A stretch of 63,256 bases of DNA, counting the filler. It is 8 parts of 8 records of this genome, joined end to end, with 100 filler letters (N's around TTAATTAATTAA, not from the genome) between each part and the next. Parts side by side here need not be neighbours in the genome. Positions count along the whole stretch, not along the records: positions 59,788 to 63,256 come from SRR20825010_6673; 7 more parts are not named here. One strand, written 5' to 3'. A program made the translations under genes and the position numbers. Positions 60,513-63,256 of the stretch are shown here, piece after piece. Positions within the stretch are counted from its first letter, which is position 1. Each line of letters opens with the position of its first letter. Under the pieces are notes generated by a model. It was given only the letters and a program-made list of their open reading frames with translations, made no database searches and was not told the DNA's origin.

Positions 60513-60712
60513 GCCTTGTCTCCCAGTAACCCGTATGCTCCGCCTGCAAGCCCCGTGAACCGGGTCCGGGAGGCCGCGGCGAAGCCGATGCGATCAACAT
60601 CTGGATTGCTTGCACGACGCGCGTCACTCCTGCCGGCAGACAGATGGGCCAGCGCCCGGTTCAGTTCTGCCACATCTGCCGGCACGGCCCGCCTGATGTT
60701 GATGTCATCCAT
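60509..60712 (-). pseudogene. GNAT acetyltransferase remnant with apparent in-frame internal deletion (67 aa)
   Basis: N-terminal IRRAVPADVAELNRAL joined to a C-terminal-like RIGF...LAGGAY; no acetyl-CoA-binding motif A. Confidence 0.6.
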
Positions 60713-60714
60713 CC

Positions 60715-61641
60715 TCAAAATCTCACCCTGTCCCTGCCTTTCAGCTCCAGTATTGCGCGCACCTCATCGGGTGTTGCCACCTCTCGGCCGACCGCTTCGA
60801 CGATCTCGCGCACCATCTCCACCTGCTCGGCATTGGACTGCGCCAGCTGTCCGCGCGCGATGTAGAGATTGTCTTCGAGCCCCACCCGGACATGGCCGCC
60901 CATCGTGGCGCCGAGCCTGGCCAAGGCCATTTGCTGGCGGCCGGCGGCGAGCACGGAAAACATGTAGTCGTCGCCAAACAGGCTGTCGGCGGTTTGCTTG
61001 AGATAGGCCAGGTGCTCGGGCTCGGCGGCAACGCCACCCAGAACCCCCATGACGAACTGGATGAAGATCGGCGCCCGGACCAGACCGCGATCGACAAAAT
61101 GATGCAGCATATGCAGATGGCCGAGATCGTAGCATTCGAACTCGAACCGCGCGCCACGCTCCTGCCCCATCAGCCGCAGCACGGTTTCGATGTCGCGGGG
61201 CGTGTTCTTGAAAACCAGATCGTCGGACTCGCGCAGGAAGGATTCTTCCCAGTCATGAAGCCATTCGGTGCGCTTGCCGAGCATCGGGTAAAGCGCGAAA
61301 TTCATCGAGCCCATGTTGAGCGAACACATTTCCGGCTCGGCGGCCATGGGCCCGGCGAGGCGCTGTTCCATCGTCATCACCGCGCTGCCACCGGTGGTGA
61401 GATTGACCACCGCATCGGTCGCCGCCTTGATGGCGGGAAGGAACGCCATGTAGTCCGCGACGGCGGCCGAGGGGCGCCCATCCCGCGGATCGCGAGCGTG
61501 CAGGTGCAGGATTGCCGCACCGGCGGCCGCCGCGCCGATCGCCTGGTCCGCGATCGCCTCGGCGGTCACAGGCAGATAGGGTGACATCGACGGCGTGTGG
61601 ATCGAGCCGGTGACGGCGCAGGAGATGATGATCTTCGACAT
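60715..61641 (-). CDS. Beta-keto acid cleavage enzyme (DUF849 / BKACE)
   Basis: CAVTGSIHTP, HLHARDP, SLNMGS, FECYD, HVRVGLED. Confidence 0.95.
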   Translation of the reverse strand: MSKIIISCAVTGSIHTPSMSPYLPVTAEAIADQAIGAAAAGAAILHLHARDPRDGRPSAAVADYMAFLPAIKAATDAVVNLTTGGSAVMTMEQRLAGPMAAEPEMCSLNMGSMNFALYPMLGKRTEWLHDWEESFLRESDDLVFKNTPRDIETVLRLMGQERGARFEFECYDLGHLHMLHHFVDRGLVRAPIFIQFVMGVLGGVAAEPEHLAYLKQTADSLFGDDYMFSVLAAGRQQMALARLGATMGGHVRVGLEDNLYIARGQLAQSNAEQVEMVREIVEAVGREVATPDEVRAILELKGRDRVRF

Positions 61642-61653
61642 GCAAATCCCCGG

Positions 61654-63000
61654 TCAGACTGTCTCGACCGCAAGCCCGGCCTTGGCGGCGAACCTGTCGA
61701 GTGCCGTGGTCAGCATGTCGATGAGTTCGTCGACCTGCCCTTCGGTGATGATCATCGGCGGACAGACAAGGAAATGGTCGCCTTCTATGCCGCCGCGCGT
61801 GCGCCGCGAATAGATGATCAGGCCTTCGGCATAGGCGAGTTCCACCAGTTCGTGATGGGCGTTGAGCGCCTTTGGCAGTGGCTGCATCGTCTCCCGGTCG
61901 GACACCAGCTCGAAGGCCAGCAACAGACCTTCGCCGCGCACATCGCCAATGAAGGAAAACCTCTGCATCAGGTTTTCAAGCCGCGCCTTGAGCAGGGCGC
62001 CGATGCTGGCGGCATTCTGCATCAGTCCGCCGGTTTCGATCTCCTCGAGCACCGCCAGGCCCGCGGCACAGGCCTGCGGGTTGCCGGCATAGGTGTGACC
62101 ATGCAGAAACCCGCCGGCGTCCAGCACCGGATCGATCAGCCGGTCCTTCGCAATCATCGCGCCCAATGGTGCGTATCCGGCGCCAAACCCCTTGGAGATG
62201 GCAATGATGTCGGGCTCGACGCCGAAATGCTCCGCGCCCATGAACTTGCCGGTGCGCCCGCCGCCCGACATCACTTCGTCATGGATCAGCAGCACGCCGT
62301 AGCGGTCACAGATCTCGCGGACCGCCTGCATGTATCCGGCGGGCGGCACCAGCGCTCCCGTCGACGCGCCTCCGATCGGCTCCTGGATGTAGGCCAGCAC
62401 CGTGTCGGGCCCTTCCTCGAGGATTCTGGCCTCGAGCATGGCCGCGTAATGGGCGCCGGTCGCGGGATCCTCCATCGCCAGGCCATCGAGATAGGCCCGC
62501 GGCGCCGGGATCTTCGGCATCGCCTGCATCATCGGCAGGAACGGATCGGACAAGGGCGCGTATCCGGTCAGCGCCAGGGCGCCAAGGGTGGAGCCATGGT
62601 AGCTCGGGTCGCGCGAGATCACCTTCCAGCGCGATCCCTGCCCGACGGTCACGGCATATTGCCGCGCCAGCTTGATCGCGCTTTCGACCGCCTCGGATCC
62701 GCCGGAGACAAAGAAGACCTTTTCCATGCCTGCCGGCGATAGCGCGGCCACCCTGGTGGCAAGCTGTTCGCTTGCCTCGGTTTCGAAATGCAGCCGGTAG
62801 CCGAAGGTGGATTTTTCCATCTGCCGACGCATGGCGTCCAGCACCCGGGGATTGGAATGGCCGATATTGGACACCATGGCGCCGGACGAGCCGTCGAGAT
62901 AGCGCCTGCCGTCGACATCCCACATGTACACGCCGTGGGCTTCGGCCAGAACCGGGCGGCGGGCGCGGGTCTGGTAGAACAGATGGCTTTCGGGTTTCAC
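61654..63000 (-). CDS. Class III PLP-dependent (omega-amine) aminotransferase
   Basis: YLDGSSG, SGGSEA, SYHG, HDEVMSGGGRTG, SKG, GHTY. Confidence 0.95.
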   Translation of the reverse strand: MKPESHLFYQTRARRPVLAEAHGVYMWDVDGRRYLDGSSGAMVSNIGHSNPRVLDAMRRQMEKSTFGYRLHFETEASEQLATRVAALSPAGMEKVFFVSGGSEAVESAIKLARQYAVTVGQGSRWKVISRDPSYHGSTLGALALTGYAPLSDPFLPMMQAMPKIPAPRAYLDGLAMEDPATGAHYAAMLEARILEEGPDTVLAYIQEPIGGASTGALVPPAGYMQAVREICDRYGVLLIHDEVMSGGGRTGKFMGAEHFGVEPDIIAISKGFGAGYAPLGAMIAKDRLIDPVLDAGGFLHGHTYAGNPQACAAGLAVLEEIETGGLMQNAASIGALLKARLENLMQRFSFIGDVRGEGLLLAFELVSDRETMQPLPKALNAHHELVELAYAEGLIIYSRRTRGGIEGDHFLVCPPMIITEGQVDELIDMLTTALDRFAAKAGLAVETV

Positions 63001-63256
63001 GAAGGGCTCTCCACCGGAAGCGCGGCGCAGTCCCTGGCGCGGAACTGCAAGGCCACCTTGGCTCCCGTGGCAAAGGGGTGGTCTTCGATCATGTTGATGG
63101 CCTGCATCTGATGATCGCCGACACGGACGAAGTAGCGGGCGGACTGACCCTGATAGTCGACGTTCTCGACAACCGCATCGACCGACAGCAAGCCATCCGC
63201 CGGCGTCCCTTCAGCTTTCAGATGCAGCTTCTCAGCACGGATCACCAGCCGCACCG
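62997..63256 (-). CDS. PotA-like ABC transporter ATPase, C-terminal TOBE domain fragment
   Basis: VIRAEKL...VENVDYQG...YFV; overlaps the aminotransferase start (GTGA). Confidence 0.75.
   Translation of the reverse strand, partial: VRLVIRAEKLHLKAEGTPADGLLSVDAVVENVDYQGQSARYFVRVGDHQMQAINMIEDHPFATGAKVALQFRARDCAALPVESPS

Overview
The window is not one locus. It is eight unrelated contigs joined by seven artificial 100-bp spacers (N44-TTAATTAATTAA-N44), so gene neighbourhoods do not continue across spacers. Taxonomy below is inferred from protein similarity and base composition only. (1) 1-16536, Burkholderiales, Limnobacter-like: 3' part of cphA; divergent norR/hmp with three NorR boxes and a sigma54 promoter; a CHASE3-kinase/UvrY-like regulator/BON/DUF1328 module; an FAD oxidoreductase plus HTH-less FCD gene beside tRNA-Ser; lysC; trpA-accD-folC-dedD-cvpA-purF. 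(2) 16637-28149, Flavobacteriaceae: GT2, membrane polyferredoxin and flavoprotein reductase; a PhoBR-like pair divergent from a lipoprotein plus TonB-dependent receptor, with an 11-bp-periodic operator array between them; two T9SS-CTD-only proteins. (3) 28250-37783, Alphaproteobacteria: partial tRNA-Ala; acyl-CoA synthetase; a non-canonical amidohydrolase; a non-canonical enolase-superfamily enzyme; TctABC; GntR; CoA-transferase. (4) 37884-40932, very high GC: sbcC 3' part. (5) 41033-49878, Bacteroidota: T9SS cargo proteins, an M61 peptidase, and an ORF missed by the ORF track, interrupted by three TAG codons and bounded by integron-cassette-like GTT/AAC inverted ends. (6) 49979-55481: ftsH-rlmE-yhbY-DUF4149-greA-carB. 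(7) 55582-59687: xylA-xylB-LacI and gltX. (8) 59788-63256: a polyamine-type catabolic operon with an internally deleted GNAT. Best leads: the Bacteroidota cassette-like element (about 47100-47910), the Pho-box-like array and the uptake locus it may control, and the two enzymes lacking canonical catalytic residues. No CRISPR array, rRNA, transposase or integrase was seen.
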